Below, one piece after another: positions 47,481 to 57,195 of a stretch of 64,000 nt of DNA. Source of the stretch: an uncultured Enterobacteriaceae bacterium. GTDB lineage: Bacteria > Myxococcota_A > UBA9042. The stretch spans positions 16,029-80,028 of the forward strand of contig CAYURO010000013.1 in NCBI GenBank assembly GCA_964447285.1. Reading direction: 5' to 3'. A program made the position numbers and the translations under genes. Position 1 is the stretch's first letter. Every line of letters begins with the position of its first letter. A model generated the notes under the pieces. That model searched no databases. It was given only the letters and a program-made list of their open reading frames with translations, and was not told the DNA's origin.

Positions 47481-49039
47481 CGGGCACGGCGTTGCACGGC
47501 AGGGGCCTGCGCATCGGCCCGGACCTGAACCAGCTGCGGACCCACGCCGGCCCGGAGACGCACGCGGCGCTGTCAGTCGAGCTGGTGGCCGACACCGAGA
47601 CGCCGATCTCGCTGTTTCGCAAGCTGGCCGCCGACCGCCCGGGCGCGTTCCTGCTCGAGAGCGTCGAGGGCGGCGAGCTGTTGGGGCGCTATTCGTTCCT
47701 GGGCTGCGATCTCGTCGACCGGTTGGAAAGCCTGGACGGGCACACCCTGCTGCGGACGACCCGGGGCGACGAAGCGCAAGCAGGCACGCTGCTTGGGGTT
47801 CTGCGCGGGTGGCTGGGTCAGCGTTCGGTGCTGCCTCGTCCTGACCTGCCGCGCTTTCAAGGCGGGGCCGTGGGCTACGTGGGCTTTGACGCCGTGCGGG
47901 GCTTCGAGCCGGTGCCGCTGCCCGACGCACCGGGCCTGGGGTTGCCCGAGGCGCGCCTGCTGCTGTGCGAAGACCTGTGCATTTTCGACCACTTGAAGCA
48001 CCGCATCGTGTTGGTGACGCACGTGCCGCTGGCGGGCGACCGGACCGCGGCGTGGCAGGCCGGGGCGGCGCGGCTGCAGGGGCTGGTCGACCGACTGGAC
48101 CGCGAGCTGCCGCCCGAGCGTCTGGCGCGCCTGCAACCCCACGAGTCGACCGAGGAACTGGTGCAGGGTCTGGAGGTGACCGCCAACCGCAGCCGCGAGG
48201 ACCTGATGCAGGCGGTGGAACAGGCGCGCGAGGCCATCACGGCGGGCGAGGTGTTTCAGGTCGTCGTCAGCCGGCGCTTTACGGTCCAGGGCGCCCTGCC
48301 CCCGTTCGAGGTGTACCGGGCGCTGCGGTCGCTGAACCCGTCGCCGTACATGTTCTACTTCCAGTTTGCCGACTTCTGTGTGGCGGGGGCGTCGCCCGAG
48401 GTGCTGGTGCGCCTGGAGGCCGACGAGCTGCTGGTGCGCCCCATCGCCGGGACCCGCAAGCGCGGCGCGACCCACGAGCAGGATCTGGCGTTCGAGCGAG
48501 ACCTGCTGGGCGACGAGAAGGAGCTGGCTGAGCATCGGATGCTGGTCGACCTGGGCCGCAACGACCTGGGGCGGGTGGCGGCGCTGGGCACGGTGCGGGT
48601 CGAAGATCCTTTGCACATCGAGCGGTTCTCTCACGTGATGCACCTGGTCACCGACGTACGTGCTCAGCTGGCCCCGGGGTTCGACGCGTGCGACGTGCTG
48701 CAGGCGTGCTTTCCGGCGGGGACGGTGTCGGGCGCGCCCAAGGTCAGGGCGTGCGAGCTGTTGGCGACGCTCGAGCCGGATCGACGCGGCCTGTATGCCG
48801 GTGCAGTCGGCTGGTTTGGCTGGCAGGGCGACATGGACACGTGCATCGCCATCCGCACCGTGGTGCTGGAGCCCGGGCGCGCGCACGTGCAGGCGGGGGC
48901 GGGCGTGGTGTTCGACTCGGTGCCGGCGCACGAGGCAGACGAGTGCTGGAACAAGGCGCGCGCGGGTCTGGCGGCGATCGCGCTGACGAAAGAGCGGGTG
49001 CGGCGGGCGCAGGCGTGGATGACGGGAGGGGCGGCGTGA
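47477..49039 (+). CDS. trpE: Anthranilate synthase component I
   Basis: LLESVEGG, NPSPYM, PIAGTRKRG, KELAEHRMLVDLGRND and AGTVSGAPK. Confidence 0.96.
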   Translation: MTGTALHGRGLRIGPDLNQLRTHAGPETHAALSVELVADTETPISLFRKLAADRPGAFLLESVEGGELLGRYSFLGCDLVDRLESLDGHTLLRTTRGDEAQAGTLLGVLRGWLGQRSVLPRPDLPRFQGGAVGYVGFDAVRGFEPVPLPDAPGLGLPEARLLLCEDLCIFDHLKHRIVLVTHVPLAGDRTAAWQAGAARLQGLVDRLDRELPPERLARLQPHESTEELVQGLEVTANRSREDLMQAVEQAREAITAGEVFQVVVSRRFTVQGALPPFEVYRALRSLNPSPYMFYFQFADFCVAGASPEVLVRLEADELLVRPIAGTRKRGATHEQDLAFERDLLGDEKELAEHRMLVDLGRNDLGRVAALGTVRVEDPLHIERFSHVMHLVTDVRAQLAPGFDACDVLQACFPAGTVSGAPKVRACELLATLEPDRRGLYAGAVGWFGWQGDMDTCIAIRTVVLEPGRAHVQAGAGVVFDSVPAHEADECWNKARAGLAAIALTKERVRRAQAWMTGGAA

Positions 49040-49620
49040 AGGTGCTGATCCTCGACAACTACGACTCGTTTACCCACAACCTCGCGCAGCTGCTGGGGGA
49101 AGCGGGGGCCACGCCGGTCGTGGTGCGCAACGACGCCATCGATCTGGACGGCATCGCGCGCATGGCCCCGGACCGCATCGTGATTTCCCCAGGACCCGGC
49201 ACTCCGGAGCGCGAGCGCGACTTCGGCATCTGCGGTCCGACCCTTGACCGCTTTGGACCGACCCTGCCGATCCTGGGCGTTTGCTTGGGGTTGCAGGGCA
49301 TCGTGCACCGGCTGGGGGGGCGGGTGGTGCGGGCGCCCGTCATCGTCCACGGCAAGGCCAGCCTGGTGCGGCACGACGGCGACGGCTTGTTCGCGGGGGT
49401 CAACAACCCCATGCAAGCGATGCGCTATCACTCGCTGATCGCCGAGCGCGCCACCCTGCCCGCTTGCCTGCGGGTCACGGCCGAGACGGTGGAGGACGGA
49501 CTGGTGATGGCGGTGGCGCACCGGGAGTGGCCGCTGCGAGGGGTGCAGTTTCATCCGGAAAGCATCGGGACACCGCAAGGCAAGATGCTTCTGGCGAACT
49601 TTCTGAGGGGGGACTCATGA
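49036..49620 (+). CDS. trpG: Anthranilate synthase component II
   Basis: DNYDSFT, ISPGPG, GVCLG, RYHSL and QFHPES; GTGA overlap. Confidence 0.95.
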   Translation: MKVLILDNYDSFTHNLAQLLGEAGATPVVVRNDAIDLDGIARMAPDRIVISPGPGTPERERDFGICGPTLDRFGPTLPILGVCLGLQGIVHRLGGRVVRAPVIVHGKASLVRHDGDGLFAGVNNPMQAMRYHSLIAERATLPACLRVTAETVEDGLVMAVAHREWPLRGVQFHPESIGTPQGKMLLANFLRGDS

Positions 49621-50648
49621 GCGCGTATCGCGAGGCAGTGGCGACGCTGCTGCGGGGAGGCGAGCTGGGGGGCGCGCTGGCCCAGGCGACGATGACAGAA
49701 GTGCTGGACGGGGCGCTGACGCCCGCGCAGGTCGGCAGTCTGCTGGCGGCGCTGGCGCGGCGGATCGAGACGGTGGACGAGCTGGTGGGCTTTGCCGGGG
49801 TGATGCGCGCGCGCGCGCTGCGGGTGCGGTCGGAAGGCGAGGTGATCGACACGTGCGGCACCGGCGGCAGCGGCCAGGCGACACCCAACACCTCGACCGC
49901 GGTGGCGTTTCTGCTCGCGGCGGCGGGCGTGAAGGTGGCCAAGCACGGCAACCGCGCCAGCTCGGGCGTGTGCGGCAGCGCCGACGTGCTGGAGGAGCTG
50001 GGCATCGCGTTGGACCTGGAACCCGAGGCGCTGGGCGACCTGCTGGAGGCCGAGGGCGTCGCCTTTCTGTTCGCCCAACGGCTGCACCCCGCGCTGAAGG
50101 TGGTGGGGCCGATTCGCCGCGAGCTGGGCTTTCGCACCGTGTTCAACTTCTTGGGACCGCTGTGCAATCCGGCAGGGGCGACGCGCCAACTGCTGGGCGT
50201 GAGCGATGCGAACCGGGCACCGCGCATGGCGCAGGCGCTGGCGCGACTGGGCACCCGGCGGGCGCTGGTGGCGACGGGCGACGACGGACTGGACGAGCTG
50301 AGTCTGTCGGCGCCTACGCGGCTGTGGGAGCTGCGCGACGGCGAAGTGCGCGCTTTTACACTGGATCCGCGCGACATGGGCATGACGCTCGCGACGGCCG
50401 ATTCGCTGGCCGGTGGCGACCGCAAACGCAACGCCGACTTGCTGCTCGAGGTGCTGGACGGCCGGGCGCGCGGGCCGCGGGCCGACCACGTGGCGTTGAA
50501 CACGGGCGCGGGGTTGTACGTCGCCGGCCGGGCCACGACGCTGGCGCAAGGCGTGGGCCAGGCGCGGGAGCTGATGGCGTCGGGGGCGGGTCGCGAGGTG
50601 GTCGAGCGGTACCGCAGCGCAAGCCAGCGCATCGCGAGGGCCGCGTGA
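49617..50648 (+). CDS. trpD: Anthranilate phosphoribosyltransferase
   Basis: DTCGTGG, NTST, KHGNRASS, RTVFNFLGPL and DGLDE. Confidence 0.95.
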   Translation: MSAYREAVATLLRGGELGGALAQATMTEVLDGALTPAQVGSLLAALARRIETVDELVGFAGVMRARALRVRSEGEVIDTCGTGGSGQATPNTSTAVAFLLAAAGVKVAKHGNRASSGVCGSADVLEELGIALDLEPEALGDLLEAEGVAFLFAQRLHPALKVVGPIRRELGFRTVFNFLGPLCNPAGATRQLLGVSDANRAPRMAQALARLGTRRALVATGDDGLDELSLSAPTRLWELRDGEVRAFTLDPRDMGMTLATADSLAGGDRKRNADLLLEVLDGRARGPRADHVALNTGAGLYVAGRATTLAQGVGQARELMASGAGREVVERYRSASQRIARAA

Positions 50649-51409
50649 ACGTCCTGGATCGCATCCTGTTTCGCACCCGCGAGGACCTGGCCCAGCGCAA
50701 GGCCGACCTGCCGCTGGCCGAGCTGCGGCGCAGGGCCGTGCCGACCCGGCGCAAGCTGAGCACGGCGCTGTCGGCACCCGGCCTGTCGTTGATTGCCGAG
50801 TTCAAGCCGGCGTCGCCGTCGCGAGGGGCGCTGCGACCGGACGCGGATCCGCGCGTGTACGCCAAGGCCTACGGGCGGGTGGCGAGCGCCGTGTCGGTGC
50901 TGTGCGACACGCCCTTCTTCGGCGGCGGACGCCACCTGCTGAAGGCGTTTCGCCATCTGGAATTGCCGTTGCTGTGCAAGGACTTCATCGTCGGCGAGTA
51001 CCAAATTGTCGAGGCTCGGGCGGCGGGCGCCGACGCGGTGCTGCTGATGGCGTCGGTGCTGGACCGCGCGGCGCTGACCGAGCTGCTGGCGGTCGCGCAC
51101 GAGCTGGGCATGGACGCCCTGGTCGAGGTACACGACGAGGCGGAGCTGGAGCGGGTGTTGGCGACGCCGGCACGCGTGGTCGGCATCAACAGTCGGGATC
51201 TCAAGACGTTGCAGATCGATCTGACCACCGTTCCGCGATTGGCGGCGCGCGTGCCGGCCGACCGCATCCGGGTCGCCGAGAGCGGCGTGTCGTCGCGCGC
51301 CGACGTGGATGCCTTTCGCGGCGTGGTCGATGCGGTGCTGGTGGGGTCGACGCTGATGGCCGCCGCCGACCCGGTGGTGCGGTTGCAGGAGCTGGGATGG
51401 ACCGCCTGA
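50645..51409 (+). CDS. trpC: Indole-3-glycerol phosphate synthase
   Basis: IAEFKPASPSRG, LCKDFI, GADAVLL, GINSRDL and AESG. Confidence 0.95.
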   Translation: MNVLDRILFRTREDLAQRKADLPLAELRRRAVPTRRKLSTALSAPGLSLIAEFKPASPSRGALRPDADPRVYAKAYGRVASAVSVLCDTPFFGGGRHLLKAFRHLELPLLCKDFIVGEYQIVEARAAGADAVLLMASVLDRAALTELLAVAHELGMDALVEVHDEAELERVLATPARVVGINSRDLKTLQIDLTTVPRLAARVPADRIRVAESGVSSRADVDAFRGVVDAVLVGSTLMAAADPVVRLQELGWTA

Positions 51410-52056
51410 TCCTGAAGGTCTGCGGCGTGCGAACGCCAGACGGCGCGCGGGCTTGCGTGCAGTCGGCCGTGGACTTTGCCGGGCTGAACTTCGTGAGAGG
51501 ACGGCGACGCGCGGTCGGGGTCGAGCTGGCGCGCGGCCTGGTGCAAATGCTGGGTCCGGTGCGCCCGGTGGGCGTGTTCGTCGATGCCACTGCGGACGAG
51601 GTCGTGCGCGTGGCGACAGCGGTGGGCTTGCGGTGGGTGCAGCTGCACGGGTCGGAAGTTCCCGAGGCCTGTAGTCAACTGCGGAGTGCCGGGCTGCGGG
51701 TGATCAAGGCGTTGCCCGTCGACGACGACCTGCCGACCGCAGTGGCGCGCTTTCAAGGTGCGGTCGACGCGCTGCTGTTCGACGGCGCCGTGGCGGGCAG
51801 CGGACAGCGGTGGAATTGGCAGCGGCTGGAGGGTGTTTCGCGTGCCACGCCGTTTCTGGTCGCGGGCGGCCTGACCCCGAGCAACGTGGGCCAGGCAGTG
51901 GCGCGGCTGGCTCCGGCGGGGGTCGACGTCGCCTCGGGGGTCGAGACCGACGGGCAGTTGGACCCCGAGCGGGTGCAGGCGTTTTGCGCCACCGCCCGCC
52001 TCGCCGCGCTTGCCCTGCCCGCCCATGCCAGAACGAATGGGGGAGGCCTGCAGTGA
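51397..52056 (+). CDS. trpF: Phosphoribosylanthranilate isomerase
   Basis: [21 protein letters not shown] and GVDVASGVE. Confidence 0.94.
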   Translation: MDRLILKVCGVRTPDGARACVQSAVDFAGLNFVRGRRRAVGVELARGLVQMLGPVRPVGVFVDATADEVVRVATAVGLRWVQLHGSEVPEACSQLRSAGLRVIKALPVDDDLPTAVARFQGAVDALLFDGAVAGSGQRWNWQRLEGVSRATPFLVAGGLTPSNVGQAVARLAPAGVDVASGVETDGQLDPERVQAFCATARLAALALPAHARTNGGGLQ

Positions 52057-53237
52057 AGACCCTCGGTAGATTCGGCCCCTACGGCGGCATGTTCGTGTCC
52101 GAGCTGCTGGTGCCGGCGCTGGAAGCCCTGGAGGCCGCCTGGCTCGACGCGCGCGACGACCCGACGTTTCGCGCGGAATTGGCAGGCCTGCTGCGGGATT
52201 ACGCAGGCCGGCCGACGCCGCTGTACCGGTCAGGCGCCCTGTCAGACGACGTCGGGTGCGAGGTCTTTCTGAAGCGCGAAGACCTGCTGCACGGCGGCGC
52301 CCACAAGACCAACCACACGCTGGGGCAGGGGCTGCTGGCCAAGCGGATGGGCAAGCAGAAGCTGATCGCCGAGACGGGCGCGGGGCAACACGGCGTGGCG
52401 ACGGCGATGGTGGGCGCCCTGCTGGGGCTCGAGACGACCGTCTTCATGGGCGCCAAGGACGTCGAGCGCCAGCGGCCGAACGTGCAGCGCATGGAGCTGT
52501 TCGGCGCCAAAGTGGTGCCGGTGCGCAGCGGGTCGCAGAGCCTGAAGGACGCCATCAACGATGCCCTGCGCCACTGGACCGAGCACGTGCGCGACACCTT
52601 CTACGTCTTTGGCACCGCCGCCGGGCCGCACCCGTACCCGACGATGGTGCGCGATCTGCAGCGCGTGATCGGCGACGAGATGCGCGTGCAAGTACTCGAA
52701 CGGACGGGGAAGCTGCCGGACGCGGTGCTGGCCTGCGTGGGCGGGGGCTCGAACGCCATCGGCGCCTTCACGGCGTTTCTGGACGACCCAACGGTGCGCC
52801 TGATCGGCGTGGAGCCAGGCGGACACGGTCTGGAGTCCGGCGCGCATGGGGCCACGCTGTCCAAGGGGCGGCCCGGCGTGGTGCACGGGATGCGGTCGTA
52901 CCTGCTGCAGGACGACGACGGACAAGTGCAAGAAGCGCATAGCATTTCCGCAGGGCTGGACTATCCCGGCGTGGGTCCGCAGCACGCGTGGCTGAAGGAC
53001 CAGGGCCGCGCGCAGTACGTGGCGATCGACGATGGCGAGGCCTTGGACGCGTTTGCCTGGCTGGCGCGGCACGAGGGGATTCTGCCAGCGCTCGAGTCGG
53101 CCCACGCGGTGGCGTACGTGCGCAAGCTGCGGGGAACGCTGGCGAAAGATGCGGTGGTGGTGGTGAATCTGTCGGGCCGTGGCGACAAGGACCTGGAGCA
53201 CGCGGCCCGGGCGCTTCGGGAACGAGGTGACCGATGA
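52053..53237 (+). CDS. trpB: Tryptophan synthase beta chain
   Basis: [41 protein letters not shown] and NLSGRGDKD. Confidence 0.97.
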   Translation: MKTLGRFGPYGGMFVSELLVPALEALEAAWLDARDDPTFRAELAGLLRDYAGRPTPLYRSGALSDDVGCEVFLKREDLLHGGAHKTNHTLGQGLLAKRMGKQKLIAETGAGQHGVATAMVGALLGLETTVFMGAKDVERQRPNVQRMELFGAKVVPVRSGSQSLKDAINDALRHWTEHVRDTFYVFGTAAGPHPYPTMVRDLQRVIGDEMRVQVLERTGKLPDAVLACVGGGSNAIGAFTAFLDDPTVRLIGVEPGGHGLESGAHGATLSKGRPGVVHGMRSYLLQDDDGQVQEAHSISAGLDYPGVGPQHAWLKDQGRAQYVAIDDGEALDAFAWLARHEGILPALESAHAVAYVRKLRGTLAKDAVVVVNLSGRGDKDLEHAARALRERGDR

Positions 53238-54070
53238 CCCGCCTGGACCAGACCTTTCGCGACCTGCGCGCCCAGGGGCGGCTCGGCTTCGTGCCCTTCA
53301 TGGTGCTGGGCGATCCGGACTACGACACGTCGCTGCAGATCCTCGAGCGGCTGTGCGACGCTGGCGCCGACGTGTTGGAACTCGGCATTCCGTTTTCGGA
53401 TCCGCCGGCCGACGGCCCGGTGATCCAGGCGGCCGGGGTGCGGGCGTTGCGGGCGGGGATGCGCGTGTCGCGGTGCCTGGAGCTGGTGGCCGAGTTGCAT
53501 CGGCGGCGACCCGATGTCCCAGTGAGCGTGCTGACGTACCTGAACCCGCTGGAACAATACGGGTTACAGCGCTTCTATCGCGATGCGGCAGCGGCGGGGG
53601 TGGATGGGGTGCTCGTGGCCGACCTGCCTTTGGAAGAGGCGATGCCGGCGATCGAAGCGGCGCGCGCGGCGGGCGTCGCTCCGGTGCTGATTGCGAGCGA
53701 GCTGACGCCGGACGACCGGCTGACGCGGTTGGCTGCGCTGGGCGAGGGCTACGTCTACGCGGTCGCGCGCATCGGCATCACCGGCGAGCAGACGGCCCTT
53801 GCGTCCGGTCTGGCCGCGACCTTTGCCCGCTTCAAGGCTGCAATTCCTCTGCCGATTGTTGCAGGGTTCGGGCTGTCGACCCCCGACCACCTGCGCGACG
53901 TGTTCCAGGCCGGTGCGGATGGCGCCATCGTCGGCAGCGCGCTGGTCCGCCGGCTGGAGGCCGCCCTGCCCGACCGTCTGGCCGTCGTCGAGGCCGTCGC
54001 CGAGTTGGCCGCCGAGCTGGCCGCCGCCGCCCACGCCGTGCACGCCCCCACAGGAGCCCGCCCATGCTGA
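53234..54070 (+). CDS. trpA: Tryptophan synthase alpha chain
   Basis: [25 protein letters not shown] and ADGAIVGSA. Confidence 0.96.
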   Translation: MTRLDQTFRDLRAQGRLGFVPFMVLGDPDYDTSLQILERLCDAGADVLELGIPFSDPPADGPVIQAAGVRALRAGMRVSRCLELVAELHRRRPDVPVSVLTYLNPLEQYGLQRFYRDAAAAGVDGVLVADLPLEEAMPAIEAARAAGVAPVLIASELTPDDRLTRLAALGEGYVYAVARIGITGEQTALASGLAATFARFKAAIPLPIVAGFGLSTPDHLRDVFQAGADGAIVGSALVRRLEAALPDRLAVVEAVAELAAELAAAAHAVHAPTGARPC

Positions 54071-55080
54071 TCGTCATGCAACACAACGCGCTGCCCGGCG
54101 ACATCGACCGGGTGTGCGGCGTCATTCGCGAGCTGGGCTACGAGCCGCGGGCGATGCCGGGCGCCGAGCGCACCGCCGTCGGCATCACCGGCAACGACCG
54201 CCCCATCGACGCCGACCGCTTCGAGGGCCTGCCGGGTGTGCGCGAGGTGCTGCGGGTCTCGTCGCCGTACAAGCTCGTCAGCCGCGAGTGGCAGCCGGCG
54301 AACACCGTCGTGACGTTGGGCACCGGCGTGCGGATTGGCGACGGCTCGGTGGTGGTGATGGGTGGTCCGTGCGCCGTCGAGAGCGAGGAACAACTGATGC
54401 GCGCGGCGGAATTCGTGGCCGCGACGGGCGTGCGGGTGCTGCGGGGCGGTGCGTTCAAGCCGCGGACGTCGCCGTATGGGTTTCAGGGGCTGGGGCTCGA
54501 TGGGCTGAAGCTGCTGGCCAAGGCGCGCGAACGGTTTGGGCTGGCCATCGTGACGGAGGCCATCGACGCCGAGAGCGCGCAGTGGGTGGCTGAGTACGCG
54601 GATCTGGTCCAGATCGGCGCGCGGAATATGCAGAATTTCGCGTTGTTGAAGCAGGTGGGGCGGTTGGGCAAGCCGGTGATGCTCAAGCGCGGACCGTCGG
54701 CGACCATCAAGGAGTGGCTGCTGGCGGCGGAGTACATTGCGTGCGAGGGGAACTCGCAGATCATTTTGTGCGAGCGCGGCATTCGGGGGTTCGACGACTC
54801 GACTCGCAATGTGTTGGATTTGACGGCGATTCCGGTTGCCAAGGGGTTGAGTCACCTTCCGGTGATGGCGGATCCCAGTCACGGGACGGGGCGGCGTGAC
54901 AAGGTCACGCCGATGGCCCGCGCGGCCGTGGCCGCCGGGGCCGATGGGGTGATCGTCGAGATGCACCCCGAGCCGGAGCGGGCGCTCAGCGACGGGGCGC
55001 AGAGTCTGCATCCGGGGGAATTTGCCAGTATGGTTCGGCAGGTGGCGGCTGTGGCTGGGGTTTTGGGGCGGGGCGTTTGA
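54064..55080 (+). CDS. aroF: 3-deoxy-7-phosphoheptulonate (DAHP) synthase, class I-beta with N-terminal regulatory domain
   Basis: GPCAVES, GGAFKPRTSPY, QIGARNMQNF, CERGIR and DPSHGTG. Confidence 0.93.
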   Translation: MLIVMQHNALPGDIDRVCGVIRELGYEPRAMPGAERTAVGITGNDRPIDADRFEGLPGVREVLRVSSPYKLVSREWQPANTVVTLGTGVRIGDGSVVVMGGPCAVESEEQLMRAAEFVAATGVRVLRGGAFKPRTSPYGFQGLGLDGLKLLAKARERFGLAIVTEAIDAESAQWVAEYADLVQIGARNMQNFALLKQVGRLGKPVMLKRGPSATIKEWLLAAEYIACEGNSQIILCERGIRGFDDSTRNVLDLTAIPVAKGLSHLPVMADPSHGTGRRDKVTPMARAAVAAGADGVIVEMHPEPERALSDGAQSLHPGEFASMVRQVAAVAGVLGRGV

Positions 55081-55202
55081 GAGCGACACCGACCTTCCCG
55101 ATAGCCCCGCAACCCATTGACTTGCCCCCCCAAGCCTACCAGCATCCTCTGCGCACACGACGGCCCCAGAACCCCGCCTACGTGCCCCATTGAGGTGCCG
55201 AT

Positions 55203-57194
55203 ATGACGTCGCCTGCTTCCCCCGCCCTTCGCCTCGCGTTGACCTGTGCGGCCCTTGCGGCCACAACCGCCCTCGCCTGCCTCGCCCAAGCTGCCGTGCC
55301 GAATACCGTTGCCGCAGAGGGCTTTTTGGGCTCTGGCGGCGGCGTCCCGGCACCGGACGGCGAATACGACCTCACCTTTTCTGTCTATGGCGTCGCCCAA
55401 GGCAGCAACGCGCTGTGGTCTGAGGGACCGGTCAAGGTCGTCGTCACCGGCGGCATCTTCCATTACCTGCTTGGATCGAAGACCCCCTTGAACGCCCAAC
55501 TATTCGCCACGCTGCCGCAATACTGGCTGGGTGTAAAAGCCGCGACCGACCCCGAATTGCCGCGCATCGCCCTGTCCTCGACCGTGTTCGCCCTGCGCGC
55601 CGGGGTGGCCGAGGGCCTCGACTGCTCGGGCTGCATCAAGGTCGGCGCGCTGGATGCCACCGTGCTGGCCGACTATGCCAAGGCCAGTGCGCTGGCGGAT
55701 TTCGCCAAGAAGGCGGATCTGGGGGTGTATGCCAAGCTCGCCTCCCTCGCCGACGTCGCCACGACCGGCAGCTACGCCGACCTGTCGAATGTGCCGGTGT
55801 TTGCCAAGGTAGCGAAGTCCGGTTTGTACTCGGACTTGATCGGTGCTCCCGTGGTCCCCAAGGTCGGCGCCTCTTGTGGCACCGGTCTGGCGATCCAAGG
55901 GTTCGAGGCCGACGGCAAATTCATCTGCACCGCCGCCGTCGACGTGAACGCGCTGCCCAAGGACGGCATCGACGAGATCTCGAACGGCCTGATCCACAAC
56001 CAGTTCGTCGACTCGTTCCTGCCCACCAAGCTGCCCATGGCCATCCTCGACAACAACCCGATCGGCACCACCAGTCTGATCGAATTCCCCGACATCGGCG
56101 TCGCCCAGAAGCTGACGGTCACGGTAGACCTGAAGAACTCGAACATCGCCAAGCTGCAGGTGACCTTGATCGACCCCGCCATCGTCGAGCACGTCCTGTA
56201 CGACAAGTCGTCGACGGGTTCCGTGCTGAAGACCTCGTGGCCGACCCCCACCCCCGTGGTGTCTGGCAACCTGGCCGCGTGGTCGGGCAAGAATCCGGTC
56301 GGCAAGTGGTATCTCAAGGTCGTCGATAGCGAATTCTTCAACAACGGCGACGACGGCGAGGTCACCCACTGGAGCATCGACATCCAGACGCTGTCCAACA
56401 AGAAGATCCGCATCGCCGGCAACCTGATCGTCACCGGCAGCGTCCAGGTGGGCAACGAGGACGTCGCCTGCACCGCGGCCAAGGCCGGCACCGTGCGGTG
56501 GGACGGCACCATGTTCCTGGGCTGCAACGGCACGGCCTGGGGCGCGCTGTACGGCTTCGACGGCAAGACCGCGACCACGCCGGCGCCCAACTGCAAGGAA
56601 CTGAAGGCCCACTTCCCCGCGCTGGAAGATGGCACGTACTGGATCGACCCGAACGGTGGCGACTCGTCGGACTCGTTCGAGGCCTATTGCGACATGACCA
56701 CCGACGGCGGCGGCTGGACGTTCTTCGCCCACGTGAACAGCAACTACGCTTGTGGCCCGCTGTTCGAGCAGAACGCCGGCACCTACCGGGCGGATCGCCA
56801 AGACGACAACACGACCTACAGCAAGGCCGGCGTGGTGCTGCCGAACATGGTCCACAGCGAGATGATGGTGGCCCTGGACACGCCCACCCCCGCGGCCGCC
56901 AAGGCGGTCAACCGGTTCGTCGCGTACAAATACACCGACCCCGTCGCCTTCAGCTACGGCCCCTGCCCCTGCTTCGGTCTGGGCGGCTATGGCTATCGCA
57001 CGTCGCTGACCGGCCCCTACACCGCCAACGGCTACAGCAACTCTTGCGCAGCCGGCAGCTGGTACACGCGAACGGCCAACAACGCGGCCTACCTGACGCT
57101 GTTCAACAACGGCGGCGCCTATGGCAACTACTGGGGCGGCGGCATGGGCGGCAACGATAGCTGGAATCACGACGGCTGGTGGTACGTCCGCTGA
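55203..57194 (+). CDS. Secreted fibre-like protein, paralog of 31933..33939
   Basis: Same architecture: signal peptide, STVFALRA, EGLDCSGCI, YAK repeats, VATTGSYADL, P-domain, AYCDMTTDGGGWT, terminal YVR. Confidence 0.8.
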   Translation: MTSPASPALRLALTCAALAATTALACLAQAAVPNTVAAEGFLGSGGGVPAPDGEYDLTFSVYGVAQGSNALWSEGPVKVVVTGGIFHYLLGSKTPLNAQLFATLPQYWLGVKAATDPELPRIALSSTVFALRAGVAEGLDCSGCIKVGALDATVLADYAKASALADFAKKADLGVYAKLASLADVATTGSYADLSNVPVFAKVAKSGLYSDLIGAPVVPKVGASCGTGLAIQGFEADGKFICTAAVDVNALPKDGIDEISNGLIHNQFVDSFLPTKLPMAILDNNPIGTTSLIEFPDIGVAQKLTVTVDLKNSNIAKLQVTLIDPAIVEHVLYDKSSTGSVLKTSWPTPTPVVSGNLAAWSGKNPVGKWYLKVVDSEFFNNGDDGEVTHWSIDIQTLSNKKIRIAGNLIVTGSVQVGNEDVACTAAKAGTVRWDGTMFLGCNGTAWGALYGFDGKTATTPAPNCKELKAHFPALEDGTYWIDPNGGDSSDSFEAYCDMTTDGGGWTFFAHVNSNYACGPLFEQNAGTYRADRQDDNTTYSKAGVVLPNMVHSEMMVALDTPTPAAAKAVNRFVAYKYTDPVAFSYGPCPCFGLGGYGYRTSLTGPYTANGYSNSCAAGSWYTRTANNAAYLTLFNNGGAYGNYWGGGMGGNDSWNHDGWWYVR

Positions 57195-57195
57195 C

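Noticed and set aside
56700-57194. Diversity-generating retroelement acting on the variable lectin-like fibre tips
   Set aside because: No reverse transcriptase and no near-identical template repeat differing at adenines was found in the window. The tips differ wholesale rather than by A-specific substitutions.
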